NCBI RefSeq assembly: GCF_001194135.2
Contig: NC_068982.1
Location: forward strand, 149,994,153-150,058,152
Direction: 5' to 3'
Length of the DNA stretch: 64,000 nucleotides
Source: Octopus bimaculoides
Taxonomy: Eukaryota
How positions within the stretch are numbered: position 1 is the first letter of the stretch; the number at the start of each line of letters is the position of its first letter. A model generated the notes under the pieces. The model was not told where the DNA came from. It worked only from the letters and a program-made list of their open reading frames with translations, and searched no databases. Both the position numbers and the translations under genes were made by a program. Of this stretch, positions 13,140-25,807 are shown piece after piece.

Positions 13140-13420
13140 AGCATCCTAAAATACGTTTAGTTGTAGTGAAGAAAAAACGTGAGAAAATGTGGAAATACTG
13201 AGACCTAAAATACGAACTTCAGAGGATGCGGTATTGCCGTAAAGGAACCCTCGGAACATTTTCAAGAAGCTTGAATGGATAGTTGAAGATATTGAGATGC
13301 CTTTGCTCATTCTACAGAAAGCCTGTTTGCTTGACACAGCAATGAATATCAAGAAGATTTCGGAAACAGAACAATAAAACGCTGCTGATTGAATGATGAT
13401 GATGATGATGACTACGACGA
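13140..13420 (+). mobile_element. R4/Dong-type LINE 3' end with (TGA)n tail
   Basis: LKYELQRMR...LEWIVEDIEMPLLILQKACLLDTAMNIKKISET followed by atgatgatg. Confidence 0.8.
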
Positions 13421-13599
13421 CGACAACGACCCTGCGAAGAAAAACGGCAGAGAGTGTCCTCATGAGGATAATTTTACCACAGAGGGAAGAAGATTTTAGC
13501 ATTGGCTGGCAACGCCCTAGAGATGATGTCTCGATAAAAATACTGGTGGTTGTGGCATCTTATCAGTGTAATGCCAAATAAAAATCATCACAACAGCAT

Positions 13600-14870
13600 T
13601 CATGAGACCCGAACCCCGAGTGAAGGTCTCTCGCGCGGCGTGCTCCACCTCGGAACACAGTGAACCTGATCATTATTCAAATACTGCTACAAAGTTTAAG
13701 AGAAAATGGACTCAAAACGACAATAGAACTGTAATGGAATGCTATTACAGAAGCGAGTCAACCAAATTGGATTCCAGAAAAAAATTATCATGGGAAGACA
13801 ATAGCTATTCCAACTGGAACTGGTGGAGATCTCCACAACAATGAAAGAACGTGGACGTGACTACGCTGAACACGGAGAACAAATAGCAGAACAAGCTCTG
13901 GGATTAATAGAGGGATCAATAAATACTTACAAAGAAGCAACTAGCAGGACGACGGTAAATTTTATTTTGTGAGGGAAAGATTTTTACTGAGGAAGCAAGA
14001 AACTTGCTATTACACCTGAATGAGGCACGAAAGAGCGAAAGAAAGAGGCTACTACCTCTGAGAGGAATCGAAAGAGAAGAAGTATATAAAGTAGTGAAAA
14101 AATGAACGAATTTTCAACGAAAATTTACATCGAAAACAGCATATTTAAACGACTTTATATACTGCGCAGCCTCTATCGTTGTGCAAACTCTTGGGATTAA
14201 ATGTAAAAAAAAAACAAGGATAAAGCTCCATGGTGGAAGCGAAGGCTTCAGAACCAAGCTGAACAGGCCAAGAGAGACTTTGGATGGACACATGCATTCA
14301 TAGAAAAGAAGAGGGTGTGGGAAAGACATAGGAGACTGCTCCCTTTCTGAAATTCTGAAAATTCTGCTCCCTTTCTGAAATAAACAAAGGTCGAAGAACA
14401 GTATTTGGATAGATGACCTCGAAAACTGCTCACAATGCACAATGCACTCCACCCTAAAAGTAATACCGACCGACTCTACCTACCAAAAGAGGAAGATAAA
14501 TGACACTGCGATACTGGGCCTGAAAAATTATATTGTGCTGAGTAAAGAAAGAATACTATCGGCAGTCAGAGATGCCTCAAAAGTGACGGAAATATTAGGA
14601 AAACTGAAAGATTTGAAAAACAAAGGAAAGAAATGAAACTACATGGCCAATTTATGCAACAAACCGAGTATGTTGGAAGTAAAGATCGCTGGCTTTCGTT
14701 AACAGACGGAAACAAGAGAAAGAAACAATAATTATAGCCGCTCAGGAACAAGCCCTTGGAACAAATCTGATAAAGGCAAAGATCGACAAAACTCAGAGAG
14801 AAAATGTGGAGTCTGTAGAAAAAGAGACGAAAGCATCAATCACCTTTTGAGTGAGTACAGTATATAGTAA
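13600..14870 (+). mobile_element. Internally deleted R4/Dong-type LINE lacking the RT domain
   Basis: N-terminal KRKWTQNDNRTVMECYYRSE, then KAPWWKRRLQ, then directly RKLLTMHNALHPKSNTDRLYLP, LHGQF, AAQEQAL and C..C...ESINHLLSE (zinc knuckle). Confidence 0.8.
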
Positions 14871-15152
14871 AACATTGTTTTAACTGGTACATCGCACGTA
14901 TTGAGAAGAGCATTGTCGCTGTAAGAACGATTACCACCCATGTAATTTTTTTCACATAACTTCGATTGGTTTTGTAATAGCCTATCAATGTTTACAGTGA
15001 GTTCCTTTGCTCTAGGAGTTGGGAAGACACTCGGCGTAAATTGGAAACAGAATTGAACATACACATATACATACATTCATGAAAAATCTATGAACATCAT
15101 GCTCCTCTTCTGCTCATTTGCCTATCAATACATTTGTCACTCATCGCGCGCG

Positions 15153-15183
<31 letters not shown>

Positions 15184-15187
15184 AAGC

Positions 15188-15222
<35 letters not shown>

Positions 15223-18200
15223 CACACACAAACATGCACATGCACGCGCAAGCACACACACATACACACACACACTGGCTTCAGTCATGAGACTTCTACC
15301 TCGCTCGAGTACCGCCTTAAAAAATTCTTCAAACGATTGTAATAAGCTTAGAACTTATTCTATCTTGTTTCCATTATACCAATCTTTATTTATCGAAAAG
15401 CTAAGTTATCCTTTGGTATGAAAGGCAGCACTGTTTAACTGCGCTTTAACATAGGCGCACATGCATACACATATACTCAAATACATATGTATGTATATAG
15501 ATAAAAATCACACAAACAGGCTTTTGGTGGAAGTCAATAAAGAAAAATCACAGGCCCAGATGAGATAAAGGAGAAGGTCTAGCTAATGCACTCAAACTCT
15601 AGAGTAACAAATATTTTCCTATCGTTAGTTGAAATCAAAAAATATATGTCTATATGCTTACACGCACATACGCACAAACCCCCACATATACATACATCTG
15701 TGCATACATAAATATATACACAAATGTAAATGAAAAGCCCTGTAGAAATTCAGTTAGTAGTCGACTAAGCCAGCAAGATACATTTTAGTAAAATAGATAT
15801 TAGCTGGTACTCGTTCAGGAGCTATCAATAGGACGGTGTAACATATTGAAAAGTACTTTTCATCACAAAAAATTACACACATATGGACACTGACTCACAT
15901 AAAATGCCAATATGCAATATGTTGATACACATACGGCATACAAATGAACAATCATTTTTCAATCATTCTGTACCGTAATAGAAACATATTTGTTTCTGCT
16001 ATCTTTTCTGTCTTATATTTTACGTCTTTCATTTACACTGCAGGCGGATTTAGCTATTTTCATTCAACTTAGCATATATTTCTATCTAGTTATCAGATAT
16101 AACCAAATATTCTCTCCTGGTACTTAATGATCTCACCTACATAACGTATAATATATACTAAGTATAGATTACATACTAGGCATTGTATATGGCATTAAAA
16201 ACCTACACATAATAACAAATCATAATTCAGATATCAGTACAAATCTCACACACATTTCATGTAATATTATTAGATTTATGGCTCTGAAAATATTCTTATA
16301 TTACAAGAGTGAAAAGAAATTTAGTTTTGTTTGACTTGGCAGAATGTCAGTTTTTCTAAAGATATAGTAGGAGTTGTTTTAAAGGTATCAGTGAATTTTA
16401 AACTTAGACCAGACAACGAAACTGAATCGTTATAATAATTATATTATAAACTTGTTCCAGTTCAAATAAGTTTTAGACATATTCGAACCCGCAAGAAGAC
16501 TGTTCACTGCATTTTGTCACGGAGAAATATCCTCGCCGTAGACAAAAAGGCAAACGGTGTAAACACAGCAGGTCAGTTCAAAGCGCCCTCTATCCAGATC
16601 GATAGATGCATACTTTTCGAAGTAGTTATCTCATTAGCATCGAACACTGGAAAGAAAGACACTGAATTTCCAACTGTACCATCCATAAACAATAAAATTA
16701 AGTACGTGATACAGTCGATCACGGTTGCAATCAGTTGAGGTTGTCCAATTAAAACATGTTCCTAATTTCAAAGTTCAAATATCCTATATAAAATGACAAG
16801 TCAAACTAACTAACAAAATAACTAAATACCTACAAGTACACCAGTCAATCCCAGTATACTTGGAATAATTGTGACAAATCCAAAATTGATTTACCAACAA
16901 GAGGGCCGTTGCATGAAGCCCCGAACTTCAGAAATAACAGCAAGTTTCCACCGTCTTAAAAGAAATAGGGCACATCCGTTCCTCGTGTACAAAAATGCGG
17001 TATATACTTTTTACTAAAGGCCTGCCTGACCAGGGAATAACTGAGGCTAAATAATAAAAATGAAATGTCATTGTAGTACATTTTGTGTGGCTAAGAAATA
17101 TACTGTACATCAAGGGAATAGCAAGCAAAGCCACCAATATTTGCAGCACATCGAAAACTTTTAAGATGCCGTGGTACATATTCGGTGTACGCCACTGCAA
17201 TATGGTGTATCTTGATTAGTTTTTCAGCACACCACTGGGAAACGCCTGAATTAAGAATTCTTCAATATTTCCACACATTTCCCTCCAGAACTGCCACTCA
17301 TAGCAGCAGAAAGCTCTATGTAAACCAAGGAATGGGTCTCTATATAATTGTTTGATTTTACTATAAATAGCAACCGAATCTCCATTAACTGTCATCTTAC
17401 AAGGTAACTGAATCATCAAATACTAAGTGATGAAACAGACACAATTTCTTCTCCAGGAACAATTAGTAGCATAACAAAGTGAGCAGAAACTGATGGCACT
17501 GAGGAGAAGTTGATGACACTTTCAAATGTAGACTTTACCGTTGTACGACTTCTAGCTATTTATTAAAACGTATATTTTAAGCTGTTTTATGTATTTGGGT
17601 TTTTCTTTGACTAGTTTATCCTGCAGCTTGTAAATGCTCGATACTTCATATTCAGCCATTAAACTGTTGCTCTAGACTTTCTAGCACTTCAGCCGTCAAC
17701 TGAATTAACCTATGTAAAAAGATTCTTTCTGATATATCTTTCATTCCTAACTCTCAATCTACATTTCTTCACCTATCACTTTGTACGTATGCCTATATCT
17801 TCTCTGGATACAGATACTCCCATACATATATGCGAGCTCAATTCTATTTGCTTAAGTATATTATAGGGGAAAACATTTGTTGAAAATGATATCGATGATG
17901 ACACTTGCATTATAATAACATGGATGACAAATACGATAATAATAATATTAATAATGATAATAATTAATATTGCAGTTGGTATTATTACTGCCACAGCAAC
18001 GAAAATTGTAACGACAGCAATAACTTGCTAACTTATCCATAGTGACCCATGGGGATGTGTCTCCGCTAAAAAAGAAATAGCAAGAAGGAACAGGAAGGTA
18101 AACACAGCCTCATCATCTTCTGACCCCTTGAGTAAGGAAGATGCTGTAGACAACCACAAAGTGTCCGAATGTGGTATAGTGATAAGTGTTTCAACAAAGG

Positions 18201-18869
18201 AAAAAAAGTGTTTACGAGCGGAATAACCAGTTATTGACTTCATTCAGCACCAACATAAGCGAAAATCAAATAGACGCGGCAAAAAATTACAAATCAGGCA
18301 ATACGTCAACAACTATCACTACTACAGCAGCCTAACAGGAACAACAACAAAAGACACAACAGCAGCGACAATAAAACAACTATAGAATCAATATCAAAAG
18401 ATGCAAAAACAACACAACAATAGCAGCAACAAAAGGAGCTATAGCACAACTGCAACAACCACAGACAATAACAACTACTACTATAACAACAGAAGCAACA
18501 CGCGCAGAAACTACATTACGGCAACTACAAACCACAGAGGAACTCCTCAACTACACCATCCTCCATATGAAGAATGAAAAGTTCATGGAATTTGTGCAAA
18601 TAAGGAGAGAATATTTACAAAAGTTGAGGATTTTAATGCGCTCACCGATCTATGAAACATCAAATGAAGATCTGGTGAGAAGCACATCAGAAATGCATAG
18701 CATGCTGAGTAAACATTTCACCGATGGCGTTTCAACATATCCTCAACAAGAACGTGTTGGAATAACCTTTTAAATGTTTTGAAAAATGAATGTCTCAATA
18801 ACAGAGTAATTGAAAACTTTCCACTCTGTGTTTATTTGGTCTCCAATTTTACCTCATGTAATCATACTA

Positions 18870-19600
18870 AGAATATAGCGTATAACTGAACGTAGCACAG
18901 TCTCAGAGTCGAAACATGGACACCTGCTCAATGATCTAAGGTCACCACAAATAGATGTAGCAGCCATCATCGAGACCAAAACTTTCTGAGGCTTAATCAC
19001 TCGCCTGTTTTTGTTCCACTACAACGTTTGTGCTTCCTTTGAGCGGCACAGATCAAGTGATGTCACAGCGAGGTTTCCGAAAAGCTTTGGTGCAAAAGTA
19101 AGCACAATCTTTATAAATTCAGATGAGACTAGACGTGAACTATAGTGAGTGCTGCTGTTGTTGCATTCTCACTAATGGCTAACTCCCTAACGGCCGGATT
19201 TCTTTAGACGAATAGAGATGTTCCTGTAACATATTAAACATGAGCTGGGAATGTGAAGAGAAGGCAAAAATCACAAATCTGCTCAGACAGTTCCAACTGT
19301 TTGGCAAGTATCAACTTCATTTCCTCAATACACCAGTGTCAACTTGAACAAAACGAAACGTATCATCTACGCTCTACTTGTAGCATTGAAGCTCATGCAT
19401 AACGCTTGTGGTTTGGGTTATAGGCTACACAGACCATAATTTCATTATCTGTACAGGGAAGATAGACAAGATTATTAGATATTGGTAGCGCTGAACGTGT
19501 CTTTCTCAGTAAGAAATGTGTTCAAAGGCATTATGGAAGAAGTTAAGCGGAAATTAAGGGTAGTCATGTGGTGGTTCCCGCTGAAGAGCAAAGACGTAGC
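18870..19600 (+). mobile_element. Tx1/L1-clade LINE ORF2 N-terminal apurinic endonuclease relic
   Basis: SKHGHLLNDLRSPQIDVAAIIETKLS, RPDFL.RIEMFL-like segment and WVIGYTDHNFIICT (SDH-like motif); frameshifted. Confidence 0.7.
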
Positions 19601-19739
19601 GGCAGAGAACAGTAACGGACAAGCTCTAATTACGCAACTAACTGTAAACATGAAGCAAGGAACGAGGAGAGAGCAGTTTTGTCTTTGATGCACCGTAGGA
19701 ATAAAATTTTCCCCGAATTACCTTGAATGATTTCTTGTT

Positions 19740-20430
19740 AGAAATTTCATCCATTCGTCCATCTTCTCTGCACACTATTCCTGGGAGGGTTGTTGAGGTA
19801 AAGTCCTTAGGTATCCCCTCAATAGAGTCCTATCAGAAGCAACCGCCACTACACTTTCTGACTGGATTCCTAAATGTGACCAAATGAGACTATAAATATT
19901 ATCCGACCAACTCGTTCTAGGTCTATCCCTAGGTCTCCTCTCCGTTGGTTCGGCTTAAAAGATCCGTACTTCTATTCTTTCCTGTGGCATTATAATCACA
20001 TGTCCGTAGTACTAGAACTGTGAGCTTTCAATGCAAAAAAAGTTGCTCGACCTGGAGAGACTCCCTGATCCCAAGCCACCCACCCTGTCGAATAACATTA
20101 CTCCAGAGATCCTTCAACCATTTCGGCCGCTTGTATTCGTGATCGTTCTCTTTTAATCATTACCCAACATCCATGACCCGAGATGGAGATAGCACGGAAA
20201 TTGAAACGAAGATAGCAAGTTTGGGCTTTTTACCAACCTCTGCCCCTCTGACGATCAAATGCTGGAGATGTGGCATTACTGTGCCAGCACATACAATTCT
20301 AGCATCCATTTCAGCCTGCTATTTCCCATCATTCGTTAATACGGTCTCGATATTTCTTTCTATTAGGAACTTATTTCTGAAATTTTGACTATCTACTTAT
20401 TTTAATGATATCGTCCCCTTTTTACTCCAT
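19740..20430 (-). mobile_element. RTE-clade (Rex3/Expander-like) LINE 3' portion
   Basis: RSRIQAAEM, YYGHV..MPQER, RRPRDRPRT.WSDNIYSLIWSHLGI, ending in a GGATG-like tail. Confidence 0.8.
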
Positions 20431-20864
20431 GTAAATACCCACTGTTTGCATTTCGTTCTTGCGTTGTCCCTACCATCTTTTTGATCCTTGTAGCCAATAA
20501 GAGAAATTATTATTGTTGTTTATTCTAGCGAAATCATAAATAAAAACGATAGCAATAAATTCATATTAATGACAGAATGTAAGAAAAGAATCGGTGATAT
20601 TAATCTTATATATATTAATAAAATAATGTATATGTATTTATACAAAACGAAAGCTCATTCAAATAGAATATAGATCCAAGTTATCACACACGGGGCAAAC
20701 AGAAATAAACTTATGAATATATTCTTCTGGGTCGATGCCAGACTAACATAAGTTAGTGAATATCTTTATATTCACATGATAAATCAGTCACTTATCGTAG
20801 TTTAGTGTGTGCGTATATATATATGAGTTGTATATATATATATATGTGTGTGTGTGTGCGTGCG

Positions 20865-20900
<36 letters not shown>

Positions 20901-20925
20901 GTGTACATATATATATATATATATA

Positions 20926-22113
20926 TAAGTTAAGGAATATGCATATTTGACGCTACCTTNNNNNNNNNNNNNNNNNNNNNNNNNNNNNNNNNNNNNNNNN
21001 NNNNNNNNNNNNNNNNNNNNNNNNNNNNNNNNNNNNNNNNNNNNNNNNNNNNNNNNNNNNNNNNNNNNNNNNNNNNNNNNNNNNNNNNNNNNNNNNNNNN
21101 NNNNNNNNNNNNNNNNNNNNNNNNNNNNNNNNNNNNNNNNNNNNNNNNNNNNNNNNNNNNNNNNNNNNNNNNNNNNNNNNNNNNNNNNNNNNNNNNNNNN
21201 NNNNNNNNNNNNNNNNNNNNNNNNNNNNNNNNNNNNNNNNNNNNNNNNNNNNNNNNNNNNNNNNNNNNNNNNNNNNNNNNNNNNNNNNNNNNNNNNNNNN
21301 NNNNNNNNNNNNNNNNNNNNNNNNNNNNNNNNNNNNNNNNNNNNNNNNNNNNNNNNNNNNNNNNNNNNNNNNNNNNNNNNNNNNNNNNNNNNNNNNNNNN
21401 NNNNNNNNNNNNNNNNNNNNNNNNNNNNNNNNNNNNNNNNNNNNNNNNNNNNNNNNNNNNNNNNNNNNNNNNNNNNNNNNNNNNNNNNNNNNNNNNNNNN
21501 NNNNNNNNNNNNNNNNNNNNNNNNNNNNNNNNNNNNNNNNNNNNNNNNNNNNNNNNNNNNNNNNNNNNNNNNNNNNNNNNNNNNNNNNNNNNNNNNNNNN
21601 NNNNNNNNNNNNNNNNNNNNNNNNNNNNNNNNNNNNNNNNNNNNNNNNNNNNNNNNNNNNNNNNNNNNNNNNNNNNNNNNNNNNNNNNNNNNNNNNNNNN
21701 NNNNNNNNNNNNNNNNNNNNNNNNNNNNNNNNNNNNNNNNNNNNNNNNNNNNNNNNNNNNNNNNNNNNNNNNNNNNNNNNNNNNNNNNNNNNNNNNNNNN
21801 NNNNNNNNNNNNNNNNNNCAACATACTGAAAATTTAGAAATAGCAGTCAAAGAACTACTGATTCTAAACTACAAATTTTTCTCTAAAGCGGATGGCGATA
21901 TTTATGGCACACATAGAACAAAAAATATCGCCATCCGCTTTAGAGAAAAATTTGTAGTTTAGAATCAGTAGTTCTTTGACTGCTATTTCTAAATTTTCAG
22001 TATGTTGGAGAAGCAACTCAATTGCTAATCCCTGTATATTTATGATGATATATATATATATATATATATATAACAGATGAAGGTAGCGGCAAATATGCAT
22101 ATTCCTTAACTTA
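20926..22113. mobile_element. Foldback/MITE-like palindromic element spanning a gap
   Basis: Perfect 85-bp inverted repeat 21819-21903/21923-22007 with a 19-bp spacer, plus outer arms 20926-20959/22080-22113 matching at 33 of 34 positions. Confidence 0.7.
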
Positions 22114-22499
22114 AACACCCACCAGTTTAATTTACCGATAATTGATATTTCGGATGAATGCTCTCTTGACAAAGCAAAGCAGGAATTAAGACTGTTTTAA
22201 AAATCTGGTTCCGGTACATTTTCATTGGAATCGACTAACTATATGTAGTGTACCACCTCGTTGCCCAGATACATGTGGTGGTGGGTATCTCTCTCATTTT
22301 ATTATTTATTTATTGGAGATGATTTAATGAGTCATTCTGTTCTTAAAATATTAGCTGGATAATTTTTCAACAATGAATCGATTCTTCTATCTGCTTTTTA
22401 TTTTAAATAAATTACATTTATTTCAACTTAGCAATGTTTGGAGCACACATCTGATTGATACGACAAAACAGGAAATAAGAGTTGAAACAAGCTAAGCAT

Positions 22500-22800
22500 C
22501 CATTTTGCCCCGAGTTGAACACGACAGTAGCAAGGTAATCTAAATCCGCCACCTAAAAGTCACATCCGATCTCTTCGTTGAGAAATACCTTTTCTTGAGA
22601 AAACATCTCTGTCATGCGTTGTGTTTGCCGAACAGACAGTAGCAGCCACCACTCGCTGCAAACAAATTCTGTCACCAATTTCTCCCTAATATACAGTGGC
22701 TACTAGAGACTTTGGATGGAATTCTCAACCGGTGGATTTAGATTGCCGGACAACTGTCATCAAATCTGTGTTAATTCCTATTAACATATCTTGGGGACGT
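22500..22800 (-). mobile_element. Possible Tc1/mariner transposase relic
   Basis: Weak resemblance to FQQDGA.CH.A...L.EMF...VIS in shifted frames. Confidence 0.25.
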
Positions 22801-23797
22801 AGGACCGAAACATCAGTGGATTAAAATTCATGTCAAAATTTGTTTTAAAATTCTCTTCCTTGTTGACTTCTTTAACTCACATTTTAAAAACACAATGGCA
22901 CTAATATGTTTTCTCAAAACCAAGAGATAATCAATGCATTCAATATATATATATATANNNNNNNNNNNNNNNNNNNNNNNNNNNNNNNNNNNNNNNNNNN
23001 NNNNNNNNNNNNNNNNNNNNNNNNNNNNNNNNNNNNNNNNNNNNNNNNNNNNNNNNNNNNNNNNNNNNNNNNNNNNNNNNNNNNNNNNNNNNNNNNNNNN
23101 NNNNNNNNNNNNNNNNNNNNNNNNNNNNNNNNNNNNNNNNNNNNNNNNNNNNNNNNNNNNNNNNNNNNNNNNNNNNNNNNNNNNNNNNNNNNNNNNNNNN
23201 NNNNNNNNNNNNNNNNNNNNNNNNNNNNNNNNNNNNNNNNNNNNNNNNNNNNNNNNNNNNNNNNNNNNNNNNNNNNNNNNNNNNNNNNNNNNNNNNNNNN
23301 NNNNNNNNNNNNNNNNNNNNNNNNNNNNNNNNNNNNNNNNNNNNNNNNNNNNNNNNNNNNNNNNNNNNNNNNNNNNNNNNNNNNNNNNNNNNNNNNNNNN
23401 NNNNNNNNNNNNNNNNNNNNNNNNNNNNNNNNNNNNNNNNNNNNNNNNNNNNNNNNNNNNNNNNNNNNNNNNNNNNNNNNNNNNNNNNNNNNNNNNNNNN
23501 NNNNNNNNNNNNNNNNNNNNNNNNNNNNNNNNNNNNNNNNNNNNNNNNNNNNNNNNNNNNNNNNNNNNNNNNNNNNNNNNNNNNNNNNNNNNNNNNNNNN
23601 NNNNNNNNNNNNNNNNNNNNNNNNAGTAGGTATATCTGTGTATGTGAAAAAATGTCATTTACCTGTTTTCATTCCTCATTGGTTACAAGCATTCTAAATA
23701 CTTAGAAACACGCACACATATACATACACGCTCGCATACACTCGAACATACGTTCACATAGGCATTATGCACTCACACACACGCACACACACACACA

Positions 23798-23836
<39 letters not shown>

Positions 23837-24087
23837 ATATATAAAAATGTGTACTGTACGATATGGATTCAGAAAATCATGCCGCCACGGGGTTAGATAA
23901 ATCTATATTCACCTTTCATACCTCCTGATTTTATGAATATAACATAACATGATATAATATAACATAATATAATATAATTTATATATATATATGAAATTAA
24001 AAATGTACTTTAAAAAAGATATTTACATTTACTAATTTACTTAAGCTGTTCCATAATTCACAGTTACATTTTCAAAACCAGTACCAG

Positions 24088-24172
<85 letters not shown>

Positions 24173-24756
24173 GAGAGAGACAGACAGACAGACAGACAGA
24201 CATACTTTTTTAAAGTATATTACACAATTACTGATATGCAGGTTAGCACTGGTTTCAAGTAGGAAAACAGACCCTAAATAAATCTTTGGAAATCTTATAA
24301 TCATCGTACTCGAGTGACGGTCTGAAGATTGTAGAATTTTTCTGAACCACTTAGGTTCTGTTGTATATGAAAGCAATGCTACTCTGCAAACGAATATTTC
24401 TGTTGTAGCCTTAAGAAGGTAAATAATTATTTATCACTTTTTGATTTATATAACAATGCATTTTTGCATTTTGATATAATACAAATACACATTTATTGGC
24501 TCACAAACACACACACACACACATGCACATACACATGCACATAAACATGCATATGCACATATAAGCATATATTCATAAAACATTAGGATGTAAATTTGGA
24601 GTCATTATTTGTGTATAATCATGTAAGCGTGTATATGTCAATTAGACACTAGGATATAGTTTGAGGGAGACTTGGCTGATATTTCTGTTAGGTGTTGCTA
24701 ATATGCAGAAGCCTGCCTCTTCTGCTCATACATGTCTTCATGTGTGTGTTCATATA

Positions 24757-24805
<49 letters not shown>

Positions 24806-25731
24806 GGCAGTAAATTGTCTTTTGAGGGATATTTAGGTGCTATTTCTATGAGGTCTAGATACCATGAGAATGTTTTCTCGGTGGATTCACAGTCTTACAC
24901 GAGCAAATGTTTTATAAGACGTTTACTTTTTATATGCTGTGTATAAATTTGCATAATATTTGTGGGCTTCCCATTTTCGGCATGAGGTCATCTCTTATTT
25001 GTCAAATTTATTTCTGTTATTTTCTATTCAAAGTAAATCCAAGACTTCTTTATAGACTATTGTTACATGTTTTACCAGAAGCAGCATAAACAAACAAAAA
25101 ATGCATGAATTTCTATTTCTTGAACATGCAATATAAAGTGATCCGTGAGAAGAGCAATGTTCTTCTAATTGTAGCTTAGCAACAAATTAAGTTTCTCCTT
25201 GTGATTTACTTGTGGGAGTAAAAAAGTTGAGCTTTACATGAAACTATATCACTTTGTGTACGAAATGTTTTTTTTCTGAATAAGTTGGTATCGTGGGTAT
25301 TCAGATAAAAAAGCCCCTTCTTTCGTGGAATTACTAATCAGAACATTTATGTTTCATTGATATTTTAATTTGGAAGCATTATTTCTTTTAGTTCATTCAC
25401 TGATTTAGTTTTATGACTGTTGAATTAATTTTACAGTTATAGAATATTAACTCAATAAAAAGTTGTCGTCTGCACAGAATTCGAAAGACCAGATTAGTTT
25501 GCTTCTTGTCGCATAAATGAAAAGTGATATATAACTAGAGAGAGAAAGGACAGAGGAAGAAGAGAACTAGAAAGTGATAAAGAGGTCAAAGAGAGAATGT
25601 GACACAACATTCTTATTTCTCTCACTACTGCTGCGCTATGCATTTCCATCTTTCTTGACTTGAACACGAACTTCTCCCTCTTTCTTCTTTCGTCATATAT
25701 AGAGGAACGGGTTGGTTCAATTTTATAAGTA

Positions 25732-25807
<76 letters not shown>

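Noticed and set aside
14880-15050. Possible inverted 3' piece of the adjacent Dong element
   Set aside because: The similarity to the LQK..LL.T motif needs several frameshifts and is not supportable by eye.
18567-18773. ORF weakly resembling an R4/Dong post-RT segment (REYLQKLRILMRS)
   Set aside because: Only one weak motif; it cannot be assigned without a search.
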